A DNA stretch of 64,000 nucleotides from an uncultured bacterium (GCA_937890835.1 CALADF010000049.1:3830-67829); one strand, 5' to 3'. Counted from the first letter of the stretch, positions 17,986 to 35,715 are shown. Notes: generated by a model from the sequence alone, not told the origin. Translations and numbers: made by a program.

Positions 17986-18207
17986 CTTTTCCGTCGCTTT
18001 CAGACATAGGGCGACGCACGCGCCGTTCGCGACGGCGGAGCGCGTCCCGCCGCCGCGGCAACCCGCGGGGGCCGCCCATCGTGGCAGAGCGCGTTCCGCC
18101 GCCGCGAGATCAGCCGTATTTCACGTGCTGCAACATGCGCGCTGCCATCGCAACAGCATCCCGCACGCCGCCCGAACCGCCGGGAGCGCAGCATGCTCTC
18201 CCGCATG

Positions 18208-18237
18208 AAAAAAGGGGGCGTGCGGTCGCACGCCCCC
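18208..18237 (-). terminator. Rho-independent terminator after rpoC
   Basis: Minus strand: GGGGGCGUGC-gacc-GCACGCCCCC followed by UUUUUU, starting 8 nt after the stop. Confidence 0.65.
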
Positions 18238-18244
18238 TCAAGGA

Positions 18245-22654
<4,410 letters not shown>

Positions 22655-22658
22655 TTAT

Positions 22659-26192
<3,534 letters not shown>

Positions 26193-26246
26193 GAGGCTGT
26201 TCCTCCTTCACGCACATCGCAAATCTGCAAAAAGTTGCAATTTGCT

Positions 26247-26275
26247 AAAATACGACGAATCTGGCAACGAGTCAA
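26247..26275 (-). promoter_or_regulatory. Candidate sigma-70-type promoter for rpoBC
   Basis: Minus strand reads TTGACT-N17-TATTTT in an AT-rich patch, ~55 nt upstream of the rpoB start. Confidence 0.45.
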
Positions 26276-26556
26276 GAAAAATTTTAAAGAGCTATGGAAA
26301 TTTTCAGTAGTTTAGGCTGAAAAATGCCCTTTCAACTGGGCGTTTTCACCTTAGGACGACCACTTTGCCAACCCGTGCGCACCCCTCTTTTCGCACGCAC
26401 GCGCACCTCGACGCAAACGACGAGAAGCGCTCGGCCGCGATGCCCAGCGCGCCCCCCTTGCGCGCCCGCCCCGACCCGCCGGCGCGCCCTTGCGCTTCCC
26501 GCGAAACACCGCAGCACGTGCAAGATCTCCGGCTGCGCCCAACGCGAAAAGGGCCG

Positions 26557-27381
26557 CTACTCGCCACCTGTGGCGAGGTAGTCTTCAAGCCCCGGTTCAG
26601 CCGAGACGAATATCCCCGTCTCGGGATAGTAGGTCAGCCACACCACGCCTTCGGCGGCGGCAACGCCGGCAAGCTCATCGCGGTCGCCCTCCGCCACCGT
26701 GATGACGAAGCGATGCCCGTCCGCCGTCTCGAACGTAAGGTCGAGCTCGTCCTGGCGAAACGCGCTGTAGCGCCCGGTGGCGCGGTCCTCCTCGACGCTC
26801 GCAAGCCAGCATAGGTCGGTGCGGGGGCCGGAGAACAGATCGACGACAGCCGAGCGGGACAGCACCGATCCGACCACGACGCCGAGCAGCACCATGAGAG
26901 CGAGCAGCAACGCGATGGCCACGCTGGAAAGCGACTCGTACTTCGCCGGATGCCTCTTGCTGAACGCGCGGTAGCCGATGATGATCCCCACGCACACCGC
27001 CACGATGATCAGCGCCTTCAAGCCGACATAGGGCTTCACGCTGTCCGACGCGCCCGCCAGGGCGCCGAGAGCGATGAACGCCGAGCCGACGTAGACGACA
27101 GCTGAAAGCGCGAAGCGAAGCGTCTCGCGCGCGAGCTTGAGCACCGCCTCCCTCGAGAACGCGCCGCGCTTCCCCAGCGCCGAGCGCACGTAGGCGACAA
27201 GCACGAAGGCGAACGCAACGCCCATGAGCACGAAGCCGGCGGATGCCGACGCGCTGCGAAGCAGGCCGACGAACCCGACCGAGGGAGCCCACTCCCCCAA
27301 CGCGATGAGCAGAAAGGAGATGGCGAGAAACACCAGCGCCGCGACGGCCTCGGGTTTTCTCATGCTGGCTTTCGCGCTCAT
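26557..27381 (-). CDS. Polytopic membrane protein (~5-6 TM) with a C-terminal soluble domain, uncharacterised
   Basis: 274-aa ORF with a GGAGGGGGAG RBS and several hydrophobic helices. I recognise no family. Confidence 0.6.
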   Translation of the reverse strand: MSAKASMRKPEAVAALVFLAISFLLIALGEWAPSVGFVGLLRSASASAGFVLMGVAFAFVLVAYVRSALGKRGAFSREAVLKLARETLRFALSAVVYVGSAFIALGALAGASDSVKPYVGLKALIIVAVCVGIIIGYRAFSKRHPAKYESLSSVAIALLLALMVLLGVVVGSVLSRSAVVDLFSGPRTDLCWLASVEEDRATGRYSAFRQDELDLTFETADGHRFVITVAEGDRDELAGVAAAEGVVWLTYYPETGIFVSAEPGLEDYLATGGE

Positions 27382-27439
27382 TCCGCTCCCCCTCCGACAG
27401 CTGAGTCATGCTCGGCTGAACTTCTCAAACGAAGCAATC

Positions 27440-27448
27440 ATTATCGCA
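27440..27448 (-). promoter_or_regulatory. Candidate extended -10 element (TGcGATAAT) for the 26557..27381 gene
   Basis: Minus strand has TGCGATAAT ~55 nt upstream of the ATG. The -35 is weak. Confidence 0.3.
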
Positions 27449-27936
27449 TCCTCTATGCCGAAGGCCAGTTCGCCGGCTGCTCTCGTTCGTTAAGCGGCGG
27501 CAGCTGACGCACGATCTCCATGGTCTTGACGGACACGGTGACGATGCGCTCCATAAAAAAACGCCGAGGGGGGGACGCCACTGGCTCCCGAAAGCCCTTC
27601 CCCAAGGAAAGACCAAGCTGATTCGCTCATGGAAAGAGAGCTATAACCACCCCGTGAACGAATAAGTGCGAGAAGTGGGGCGAACGTGACGGCATTGCAG
27701 CGCCGCAGCACACGATGAGCCGATCCGCAAGGCGCCCGGTTTCACGGAGGGTCGAATCGCACGGGACGAAGTCGCACGAGGCGCATGGTTTCGCGAAAGG
27801 CAAACCTGCATCAACCGTCGGGCTCGCGATCTGAATCGAGGGACTTGCCGCATGCGTTTCGCAAGCCTGAGAAGCGGCAGACAGAAAGCGGGCGAACGCC
27901 AGCGCGGCGAAAGACGAGACAACTTCACGAGGCAAC

Positions 27937-27991
27937 GAAAAACCGCGCCTCCGAACCAAGGGTTCGCCTGTCCAGGGTTCGGGGCGCGGTT
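27937..27991 (-). terminator. Rho-independent terminator of the 28048..28503 gene
   Basis: Minus strand: AACCGCGCCCCGAACC ... GGUUCGGAGGCGCGGUU, then UUUCG (~16-bp stem). Confidence 0.6.
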
Positions 27992-28047
27992 CGTACGCGG
28001 CTCGAGCGCGGGCTCAAAAGCGACTCGGGGCGGAGAGATCCAAAGGC

Positions 28048-28503
28048 CTAGCTCCTGTCGGCGACAACAGGGCATTTGCCCTGATGACCCGTGCGGACGT
28101 AGCGCACGACGAAATCGACGCCCGCCATCATCAGAGCGAAGCCGATGCCGGTGTAGAAAAACGCGATGAACCATTCGGGGACGAGACCGGACATGCGCAG
28201 TCCGATGCCGCCGCCCATCATGATGGCCATCATGATGTAACCCTTCTTGTCGAAGAACAGGAAGAAATTCTTCTTGGGCTCGTCGTAGCCGTAGATGCGA
28301 TCGGTGTGCTTGGCCACCATCTTGGTGAACACCTTGGTGTGGAAAACGCCGAACACGGCGGCTGAACCGAGGATGAGCAGGAGGACAAGCCAGCCCCAAT
28401 CGTTCATGTACGCGTGCACGCCGAGATTGAGGATGTTCGCACCCGCGATGAACCAGACGACGCCCGCGATGAGCATGAGCTTTTCGGTGGAAACTTTGAA
28501 CAT
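28048..28503 (-). CDS. Small 4-TM membrane protein, uncharacterised
   Basis: Trimmed to ATG 28503 (AAGAAGG RBS): MFKVSTEKLMLIAGVVWFIAGANILNLG... It has its own terminator. Confidence 0.6.
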   Translation of the reverse strand: MFKVSTEKLMLIAGVVWFIAGANILNLGVHAYMNDWGWLVLLLILGSAAVFGVFHTKVFTKMVAKHTDRIYGYDEPKKNFFLFFDKKGYIMMAIMMGGGIGLRMSGLVPEWFIAFFYTGIGFALMMAGVDFVVRYVRTGHQGKCPVVADRS

Positions 28504-28621
28504 AGCGCCTTCTTTCGAGAAGCCTGCGCGCTGCGGGTAGCGTCTCGAGGGCGCCGGCAAATACGGGCCTCGAGGCGGATGCCTGCGCCTTCGCGCAAGT
28601 CCTTAATCGTTTAACAGCGCC

Positions 28622-28659
28622 ATCCTACTCCCTCTTGATGGAGCGGTGAACAATGTTCA
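28622..28659 (-). promoter_or_regulatory. Candidate promoter (TTCACC-N17-TAGGAT) with an overlapping TGAAC-N3-GTTCA inverted repeat
   Basis: Read on the minus strand, upstream of the 28048..28503 gene. The inverted repeat (28647..28659) overlaps the -35. Confidence 0.3.
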
Positions 28660-28833
28660 TCTTTTCGACACAACGAAATCGGCGGAAGTTGCAGGAACGC
28701 CGGAGGCGCTGGAGACGGTTCGTGGGTGCGACGCGGGCCCGAACGGCGGGCCGCAGGCCCCGGCGGAACGCGACGCGGCCTCGGCAGCAAGCGGCGCACG
28801 GGCAGCGCAAGCCGATCCGAGCGTTCGAGGCGC

Positions 28834-29370
28834 CTAGCTTCCGTCGCGCATGGCCTTGAGCTTGGCCAGCACATCGCCGGGGATCCGGTCGGCGACGGTG
28901 TTCTTGCGCGCCACGCGAGGCGTCTCGTCAAGACGAGCCTCGTCGTAGTACATGCCCACCTCGTGAGAGAAGCCGTCCGCGCTCATGCGGTCGACCCCTC
29001 CCCCGAACACGGTGTCTTGAATGGTGGCGTCGCTTGTGACCACGAGCGTTTCGATCATGCGCTCGCGGGCGTCGTGCGCAAGCTTCTCGATGACCTTGTC
29101 CGCCGACTGACCGGAAGGCGAGAACATGATCTGCACCCCGCCGACCTTCTCCACCTCGCCGCGCGAGAACTCGTTTTGAGCGCCATCGAACACGATGATG
29201 GCGCGCCATTCGCGACCAGCGAAGTTAACCACGTCGTTGATGAGCCGCTCGCGGGCGGCGTTGAACGTGTCGTCGGTGTAGTCGGGACTTTTAATGCGCT
29301 TATAGCGGCTTCCCGACCGCAGCACGTTGTAACCGTCGACGATCAAGAGCTTCTTTCTCTGTCGCGCCAT
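28834..29370 (-). CDS. yacP: NYN-domain ribonuclease, YacP/Rae1-like
   Basis: MARQRKKLLIVDGYNVL...IVFDG...VVTSD. Positioned after rlmB, as in Firmicutes. Confidence 0.8.
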   Translation of the reverse strand: MARQRKKLLIVDGYNVLRSGSRYKRIKSPDYTDDTFNAARERLINDVVNFAGREWRAIIVFDGAQNEFSRGEVEKVGGVQIMFSPSGQSADKVIEKLAHDARERMIETLVVTSDATIQDTVFGGGVDRMSADGFSHEVGMYYDEARLDETPRVARKNTVADRIPGDVLAKLKAMRDGS

Positions 29371-29430
29371 GTCAACGCGCTCCGCCCATGGAGAGCGCAA
29401 CGCGGGCGCGCAAGCAGACCTTCGACACGT

Positions 29431-30201
29431 CTACCCTCGCAAACCCTCTGCGGCGGTGCGGTTCTGACGCAGCCACTCGTACATGCACGCAGTCGAGGCC
29501 TGCGCCACGTTGAGCGAGGAGATGTCGCCGACCTGGGGCAGCTTCACGCCGAAATCGCAGCTCTCAAGCACGAGTCGGGAAACGCCCTCGCCTTCGTTGC
29601 CCATGACCAACACGATACGGCCCTTCAGGTTAGCGTCCCAAACGTATTCCTGCGCGTGCTCGGTGGCGGCGGCCACCCAAAAGCCCTCCTTCTTCAGGCG
29701 ATCGAGGCAGGTCGAGATGTTGGCCACCTGCGATACGGGGATGTGGGCGATGGCGCCGGCAGAGCTTTTGTACGTCGCGGCGGTCACGTGCGCGGCGCGC
29801 TTGTTGGGGATGATGATGCCGCATGCCCCGACCGACTCCGCGCTGCGGGCGATGGCGCCGAGGTTGCCGGCGTCGGTGAGATGATCGAGCACGACGATGA
29901 GAGCACGGCCGTCATGCTCGGCGGCAGATTTCTCAGCAGCCTCCAAGATGGTGGTCACGTTGACGTAATCGAACGGCTTGGTCTCCGCCATGACGCCCTG
30001 ATGGCTCCCGCGCTCGGAGATCTCGTCGAGCTTCTTGCGGGAGATGCTCTTAACGGGAACGTCGTATTTCTTCGCCTTGCGCAAGATGTCGTTGATGAGG
30101 CTGTCGCGCTGGACGTTGTCGGCCATGAGGATGCACTTCATGGGAACGTGAGTGCGCAGCGCCTCGACGATCGGTCGTTTGCCTTCTATGTAATCTGCCA
30201 T
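29431..30201 (-). CDS. rlmB: 23S rRNA (guanosine-2'-O)-methyltransferase, TrmH/RlmB family
   Basis: SpoU motifs LDHLTDAGNLGAIARSAE...LVMGNEGEGVS...LNVAQA. Confidence 0.85.
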   Translation of the reverse strand: MADYIEGKRPIVEALRTHVPMKCILMADNVQRDSLINDILRKAKKYDVPVKSISRKKLDEISERGSHQGVMAETKPFDYVNVTTILEAAEKSAAEHDGRALIVVLDHLTDAGNLGAIARSAESVGACGIIIPNKRAAHVTAATYKSSAGAIAHIPVSQVANISTCLDRLKKEGFWVAAATEHAQEYVWDANLKGRIVLVMGNEGEGVSRLVLESCDFGVKLPQVGDISSLNVAQASTACMYEWLRQNRTAAEGLRG

Positions 30202-30286
30202 GTATCAGCCTTTTCAATGGGTTGTAACTTGAATCTGCTCGTAATCGCACGATCAGCTAGTGTAGCATGCGCCAACCCGGTCCTGT

Positions 30287-31942
30287 CTACTTCCTGCGCC
30301 AGATGTCCACGACGATCCACACCGACAGCAGAAACGCGCTGACGTAGCCGATGTTCGCCAGCACGGGGACGCCGAGAAAACGCGGCTCCAACGGCGAAAG
30401 CGAGAGCAAGCTCGATCCGATGAACAATGCCGCCACGATAACCGCGAGCGTGATGCGCGTGAAAATACGGGATAACTTGCGGAAGGGGATGTCGGAACCC
30501 ATCAGCTCCATGTTCATCTTCAGCTGCCCGCGCGTGAGCATCTTGAGCGCCTCGCCCGAGTAGTTCGCCGCGTCGAGCGCGCCCGAACCCGATTTACGCA
30601 GCGATATCGCTAAATCCTCGATGGCCTTCGCCAGAACATCGCGCTTATCGGCGCTGCGCCGGACGTGGTCGTTGATGATGGAGACTATGTTCTGATTGCC
30701 GATGTAAGGCCCCACCGTCCCCTCCACCGCGACGATGCCGCGCGCGACGGTGGTGACGGAGGTGGGAAGCGTCACGCGGCATGCGCGCGTGAGCGCCATG
30801 ATGTCGTTGAGCATGGCGCCGATGTCGATCTGGTCGATGTCGATCGAGCCGTAGTCGGCCAGCAAGTCGTCGAGATCGGCGAGAAAGCGCGTGTGATCGA
30901 TGGTAGCGTTGTCCTTCTGCACCGCGTAGCGGATAAGCGCCTCTTTGAGCCCCGCGGAGTCCTTCACCCCGACCGCCTTGATGATGTCGCCGAACCCTGC
31001 GCGGTCGCGCGTCGACAGACGGCCCATGATGCCCAAATCGATGTAGACGATCTGTCCCTCGCGGATGATGAGGTTGCCGGGATGCGGATCGGCGTGGAAG
31101 AACCCATGGTCGAGGATCTGGGTGGCATAGTTGTCAAGCAGCTTAACGCCGATCTCCTCGAGATCGTAGCCGCACGCGATCAGACGGTCGGCGTTGCTGA
31201 TGGGGATGCCGTCGACATACTCCATCACGAGCACGTACTCGGTGCACAAATCGGCATACACCTTCGGCGAGCTGATGAAGCGGCAGTCGGCGTTAAGGCG
31301 TGCGAACTCTTCGAGGTTTTCCGCCTCGCGACGGAAATCGGTCTCCTCGAGGAACGTCGCCCACATCTCCTCGACCACCTCGCGAAGGTCGACGAACTGG
31401 TCGTCTTTCATGATATTCGACGCCTGACGCGCGAGGATACGCATGATGTCGATGTCAAGCGCCATGGTCTCTTTGACCCCGGGGCGTTGGATCTTGATGG
31501 CGACATCGTCCCCGCCGCGCAGCTTGGCGCGGTGAACCTGCGCGAGGCTCGCGCTGCCGAGCGGCGTCGGGTCGATCGACGCGAAGAGCTCCTCACGGCG
31601 CTCGTGACCGAATTCGGCGTCGAGCGCGGCCAGCATGTCCTCGAACGGCAGGGGATCGCACTCCGCTTGAAGCTTGGCGAGCTCATCGCAGTACGCGCGC
31701 GGAAGGATCTCGGAGCGGGTCGAGAGCGTTTGCCCGATTTTCACGAACGACGGGCCGAGATCCTCGAGCATCGCGCGGAACTCCTCGGGAGTCACCGATT
31801 TCAAAAGCTTGTGCTTGTTCACGATACGCAGGATCTCGCGAATGCGCGCGCGACGCGTCTTCGGGGACAAGTCGAACCGACCCTCGGGATCGAACTCCCC
31901 GGATGAGCTGAATATGTATTTGAGCAACGTGTTGTCGGCCAT
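30287..31942 (-). CDS. ABC1/UbiB-family atypical kinase with two C-terminal TM helices
   Basis: LGPSFVKIGQTLSTR...VAIKIQRPG...HADPHPGNL motifs. Confidence 0.85.
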   Translation of the reverse strand: MADNTLLKYIFSSSGEFDPEGRFDLSPKTRRARIREILRIVNKHKLLKSVTPEEFRAMLEDLGPSFVKIGQTLSTRSEILPRAYCDELAKLQAECDPLPFEDMLAALDAEFGHERREELFASIDPTPLGSASLAQVHRAKLRGGDDVAIKIQRPGVKETMALDIDIMRILARQASNIMKDDQFVDLREVVEEMWATFLEETDFRREAENLEEFARLNADCRFISSPKVYADLCTEYVLVMEYVDGIPISNADRLIACGYDLEEIGVKLLDNYATQILDHGFFHADPHPGNLIIREGQIVYIDLGIMGRLSTRDRAGFGDIIKAVGVKDSAGLKEALIRYAVQKDNATIDHTRFLADLDDLLADYGSIDIDQIDIGAMLNDIMALTRACRVTLPTSVTTVARGIVAVEGTVGPYIGNQNIVSIINDHVRRSADKRDVLAKAIEDLAISLRKSGSGALDAANYSGEALKMLTRGQLKMNMELMGSDIPFRKLSRIFTRITLAVIVAALFIGSSLLSLSPLEPRFLGVPVLANIGYVSAFLLSVWIVVDIWRRK

Positions 31943-32068
31943 GCAGCACCTCTCAGCGCGCAGTGGGAAACGACGCGGTCGCGCCCCCCTTTTTATACGA
32001 AAGCGTCAAACACGCCGAAGACGCGCGACGCTTTCGTCGATTTCCTCTTGAATGCGCGCGACGTCGGT

Positions 32069-32515
32069 CTAAGCGTCGGTCTTCTCGGCGGCGGAAGCGT
32101 CGGCAGCGGCAGGCTCCCCCTCGTTCGCGCGCTCAGCCGCAGGCTCGGGATTCGCCGCCTGCGCGACCTCCTCAGCGTCGATGTCCGACACGAACGTGGA
32201 CCCGGGAACCGCGCTTGCACCGCGCGCGACCTTGTCGACCTCGGCGGCGAGTTCGGCGACGCGCTTCACGAACTCCGCGCGCTCCTCGGGGGTCATCACG
32301 GCCATGCGCGCCGAGATAAGGTCGTCGCGAAGTTCGCCGGTTGCCTCGCTCGCCCGATGAACGAGCTCTGAATTGAGCTGTTTGCCCTGGTCGACGGTTA
32401 GCTCGCCTTTCGCGATAAGCTGATCGACGATCTCCTTGGACTTCTCAGCCCCCATTGCCATAGCACCGATCCCCGCAAGGAAGATATCCTTGAATCCATC
32501 TGTGATACCCGACAT
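32069..32515 (-). CDS. Phasin-like / coiled-coil protein (COG3937-like), uncertain
   Basis: 148 aa, GGAGG RBS, helical N-terminus and an acidic Ala/Glu tail. Directly upstream of the UbiB-like gene. Confidence 0.4.
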   Translation of the reverse strand: MSGITDGFKDIFLAGIGAMAMGAEKSKEIVDQLIAKGELTVDQGKQLNSELVHRASEATGELRDDLISARMAVMTPEERAEFVKRVAELAAEVDKVARGASAVPGSTFVSDIDAEEVAQAANPEPAAERANEGEPAAADASAAEKTDA

Positions 32516-32804
32516 GGCGCGCCTCCGATTCCATCGTTATCCGGCATCTGATCGAGTCGCGTGAAGCACGCGGCTTCCTCATCATGTTACCACCCCGAAC
32601 CGCCGCGAAAGGCGCGATTTGCGAGGGCGGATCATCTGCACCACCTCAACACAGCGGCCGCGAAAGCGGGGGCGAGGCGATGCAAGAGAGAGCGGCGGCG
32701 GGCGCGACGAAGCGAGGCCGTCGAGCGAGGCGGGGCGACCGGGCGGCGGAACATCCGGACGGCTGGGCGGGCGGCAGGCGGCAGGCGGGCGGCGGACAAC
32801 CGAC

Positions 32805-32852
32805 AAAAAAAGACCCGGGGCGGCCTCGCCGCAAGCGAAACCATCCCGGGTC
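32805..32852 (-). terminator. Rho-independent terminator after proS
   Basis: Minus strand: GACCCGGG...(inner GCGGC/GCCGC stem)...CCCGGGUC followed by U7. Confidence 0.55.
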
Positions 32853-32896
32853 CGTCATGCGCGACGCGAACGCGACGCGCGCATCTCATCTACAGG

Positions 32897-34651
32897 CTAG
32901 GAGAACACGACGTCGAAGCTGCCGATGCCGTCGCTTTTCACCGACTTGATGGTGCGGTGCGCGAAGGCCATCATCTCGGCGATGGCGTCGAGCGGTACTT
33001 CCTTCTTCTCGCCCGTGCGACGCAGCTTCATCTCCACGTTGCCGTTGGCAAGACCGCGTTTCCCGACGATCACCTGAAGCGGCCAGCCGATGAGGTCGGC
33101 GTCGGCGAACTTCACGCCGGCGCGCTCGTCGCGGTCGTCGATGACCACCTCGAAGCCGATGCTCGCCAAATCACGTGCGAGCTTCTCGGCGGCGGGGTGC
33201 ACCAGATCGTCGCCGGTGGTCAGCGGTATGACGCACACATGTGCCGGAGCCACCGAAAGCGGCCACTTGATGCCCATCTCGTCGTTGTGCTGCTCGACGA
33301 TAGCGGCCAACGTGCGCGAAACGCCTACGCCGTAGCAGCCCATGATGAAGGGGCGCTCCTCACCCTGCTCGTCCATGAACGTCGCGCCCATGGAGCGGGA
33401 GTACTTATCGCCGAGCTGGAAGACCTGCGACACCTCGATGCCGCGGGCGCCACCGAGCGGCAAGCCGCACTTCGGGCAGCTGTCGCCGGGCTTGACCACG
33501 CACAGATCCGCCCACTGATCGACCTGGAAGTCCTCGCCGAGACGGGCGCCCACGTAATGGAAGCCCTCCTCGTTCGCGCCGACGACCCACTGAGGCACCG
33601 CCTGCAGGCTGCGCGCGGCGATGACGCGCGCGCCATCGGGGAGGCCCACCGGACCCATCGAGCCCTTATGAAGGCCGAACGCGAGCATCTCCTCGTCGGT
33701 GAGCAGCGTGAAGCCGGGCACGGTGCGCTCGGCCTTGATCTCGTTCAGCTCGTGATCGCCGGGGATGAACAACACGACCAGGTTGCCGTCGGCGTCCTTG
33801 CCCGAGAGCGCCTTCACGGTCGAGGACGCGGGGATGTCGAGGAACTTCGCAAGATCCTCGATGGTGTGGATGCCGGGCGTCGAGATCTTCTCCATGCCGT
33901 CGACCTCGTAAATGGTCGGGCGTGCCAAGCAGTCGCCGGCCTCGGTGTTGGCGGCGTATCCGCAGGTGCAATGCACGAGCTCGGCTTCGCCCGCTTCGGC
34001 GAGCGCCATGAACTCGGTGGTCACCTTGCCGCCGATCTGGCCAGAGTCCGCCTCGACGGGGCGATAATCCAAGCCGCAACGCTCGCAGATGCGACCGTAA
34101 GCGCCGGACATGTCGTCGTAGGTCTTCTGCAGCGACTCCTGATCCGCATGGAAGCTGTACGCGTCCTTCATGATGAACTCGCGCGAGCGCAGAAGGCCGA
34201 AGCGCGGGCGGATCTCATCGCGGAACTTCACCTGGATCTGATAGAGGGAGGCGGGGAGCTGCTTGTAGGAGCGCAACTCGTTGCGCACGAGGGAGGTGAT
34301 GAGCTCCTCATGCGTGGGCCCGAGGCAGAAGCCGTGGTCGTGACGGTCGACGAGGCGCATCAGCTCGGGGCCGTAATCGTCCCAGCGGCCGCTCTCGTGC
34401 CAAAGCTCCGAAGGCTGAAGCGCCGGCATCATGATCTCCTGAGCCCCGATGGCGTTCATCTCGTCACGCACGATGGCCTCGACCTTCGCGAGGACGCGCT
34501 GGCCGAGGGGCAGAAACGTGTACACGCCCGAGGCGGTCTTGCGAATCATGCCGGCGCGCAGCAGGAGGCGATGGCTGGCAATCTCGGCGTCAGTCGGATC
34601 CTCCTTCAGCGTGGGGGCGTACAACGTGCTCATACGCATGATGTTTGTCAT
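32897..34651 (-). CDS. proS: Prolyl-tRNA synthetase (bacterial type with editing domain)
   Basis: LKEDPTDAEIASHRLLLRAGMIRKTASGVYTFLPLG... The ATG at 34651 overlaps the ispG stop (ATGA). Confidence 0.93.
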   Translation of the reverse strand: MTNIMRMSTLYAPTLKEDPTDAEIASHRLLLRAGMIRKTASGVYTFLPLGQRVLAKVEAIVRDEMNAIGAQEIMMPALQPSELWHESGRWDDYGPELMRLVDRHDHGFCLGPTHEELITSLVRNELRSYKQLPASLYQIQVKFRDEIRPRFGLLRSREFIMKDAYSFHADQESLQKTYDDMSGAYGRICERCGLDYRPVEADSGQIGGKVTTEFMALAEAGEAELVHCTCGYAANTEAGDCLARPTIYEVDGMEKISTPGIHTIEDLAKFLDIPASSTVKALSGKDADGNLVVLFIPGDHELNEIKAERTVPGFTLLTDEEMLAFGLHKGSMGPVGLPDGARVIAARSLQAVPQWVVGANEEGFHYVGARLGEDFQVDQWADLCVVKPGDSCPKCGLPLGGARGIEVSQVFQLGDKYSRSMGATFMDEQGEERPFIMGCYGVGVSRTLAAIVEQHNDEMGIKWPLSVAPAHVCVIPLTTGDDLVHPAAEKLARDLASIGFEVVIDDRDERAGVKFADADLIGWPLQVIVGKRGLANGNVEMKLRRTGEKKEVPLDAIAEMMAFAHRTIKSVKSDGIGSFDVVFS

Positions 34652-35715
34652 AACTTCTCGATCTCCTCCATCAAGGTGTCGACTATTGCCGATTCTTCCA
34701 CTTTGCGAACGATTTTACCATGCGAGAACACGACGCCCGCTCCCGCCCCGCAAGCAACCCCGATATCTGCATCCGCCGCCTCGCCCGGCCCGTTGACGAC
34801 GCACCCCATGACGGCGACCTTGATCGGCTCGCTCACCTTCGCAAGGCGCTCTTCCACCTGCTTCGCCAACCCGATGAGATCGACCTGGCAACGCCCGCAC
34901 GTCGGGCAGCTGATGAGCTCGGGGCTGCGACGGCGAATGCCCAGCGCCGCCAGCAAGGTCCAACACGCGCGAACCTCGAGCACGGGGTCGTCGGTCAAGG
35001 AAATGCGCAGCGTGTCGCCGATGCCCTGCTCGAGCAGCACGCCGAGCCCGCACGCCGACTTGATGACGCCTTGGAAGGCCGTGCCCGCTTCGGTGACCCC
35101 GATGTGCAACGGCACCTGCGGCAGCCTCTCGGCGAGCAGACGATACGTCGCGATGGTCGCCTGCACGTCATGCGCTTTGGCCGAGACCACCACGTCGTGG
35201 AAGTCGCACTCGTCCTCGAGGAAGCGAACGTAGCCGACCGCCGACGAGCACAGCTTCTCGGGCAGGGACAAATCGTCGCGGGCCGCAAGCTCGTCTTCAA
35301 GAGAACCCGCGTTCACGCCGATGCGGATGGGGATCCCCGCCTCACGCGCCGCCTCGACCACAGGCCGCGTCTTCTCGAGACCGCCGATGTTTCCCGGGTT
35401 GATGCGCAGTTTCGCCGCCCCGCGCCGCGCCGCCTCGATGGCTATCTCAGCATCGAAGTGGACGTCGGCGACCACGGGCAGAGGCGACGCCGCGCACACG
35501 GCGGCAAACGCATCGAGGCAATCCCTGCGCGGGATGGCCATGCGCACCACCTCGCACCCCGCCTCCGCGAGCGCGCTGATCTGGGCCAGGTTAGCCGCAA
35601 CATCGTCAGCGGGCGCGTTGAGCATGGACTGGACGACAGGCGGCGATCCGCCCCCGAGGACGATACCGCCCACCGACACTCTGCGCGTCCGGCGCCGGGG
35701 CTCCTCGTTTTGCAT
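34648..35715 (-). CDS. ispG: 4-hydroxy-3-methylbut-2-enyl diphosphate synthase
   Basis: RRVSVGGIVLGGGSPPVVQSM...RINPGNIG...CPTCGRC...MGCVVNGPGE. ATG 35715 is preferred (AAGGTGG RBS) over the GTG at 35724. Confidence 0.92.
   Translation of the reverse strand: MQNEEPRRRTRRVSVGGIVLGGGSPPVVQSMLNAPADDVAANLAQISALAEAGCEVVRMAIPRRDCLDAFAAVCAASPLPVVADVHFDAEIAIEAARRGAAKLRINPGNIGGLEKTRPVVEAAREAGIPIRIGVNAGSLEDELAARDDLSLPEKLCSSAVGYVRFLEDECDFHDVVVSAKAHDVQATIATYRLLAERLPQVPLHIGVTEAGTAFQGVIKSACGLGVLLEQGIGDTLRISLTDDPVLEVRACWTLLAALGIRRRSPELISCPTCGRCQVDLIGLAKQVEERLAKVSEPIKVAVMGCVVNGPGEAADADIGVACGAGAGVVFSHGKIVRKVEESAIVDTLMEEIEKL

Noticed and set aside
27546-27552. T7 run on the minus strand as an intrinsic terminator.
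   Set aside because: The sequence immediately 5' of the U-run (CCCUCGGCG) has no complementary arm nearby. Only weak, bulged helices can be drawn, so it is not called as a terminator.
27545-27936. Possible RNase P RNA, tmRNA, SRP RNA, TPP, cobalamin or c-di-AMP (ydaO-type) riboswitch in the unexplained gap.
   Set aside because: I looked on both strands for these hallmarks:
- GGAAAGUCCGGGC plus ACAGAAxCCGGCUUA pairing (RNase P);
- GGGG...UCCACCA ends (tmRNA);
- the SRP domain IV motif;
- CUGAGA plus ACCUGAUC...GCCAGCG (TPP);
- the GCCACUG/B12 box context.

Only partial look-alikes occur (GGAAAGACC, GCCUGAGA, GCCACUGG, ACGGGGUG, GGGAGCCA), in the wrong order or without the required pairing partners. 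No family call is made. The region is kept only as an unexplained interval.
28647-28659. LexA/Cheo-box-like TGAAC-AAT-GTTCA upstream of the small membrane-protein gene.
   Set aside because: SOS boxes of Gram-positive bacteria have GAAC-N4-GTTC spacing, whereas this site is N3. It is kept only as a generic inverted repeat within a low-confidence promoter feature.
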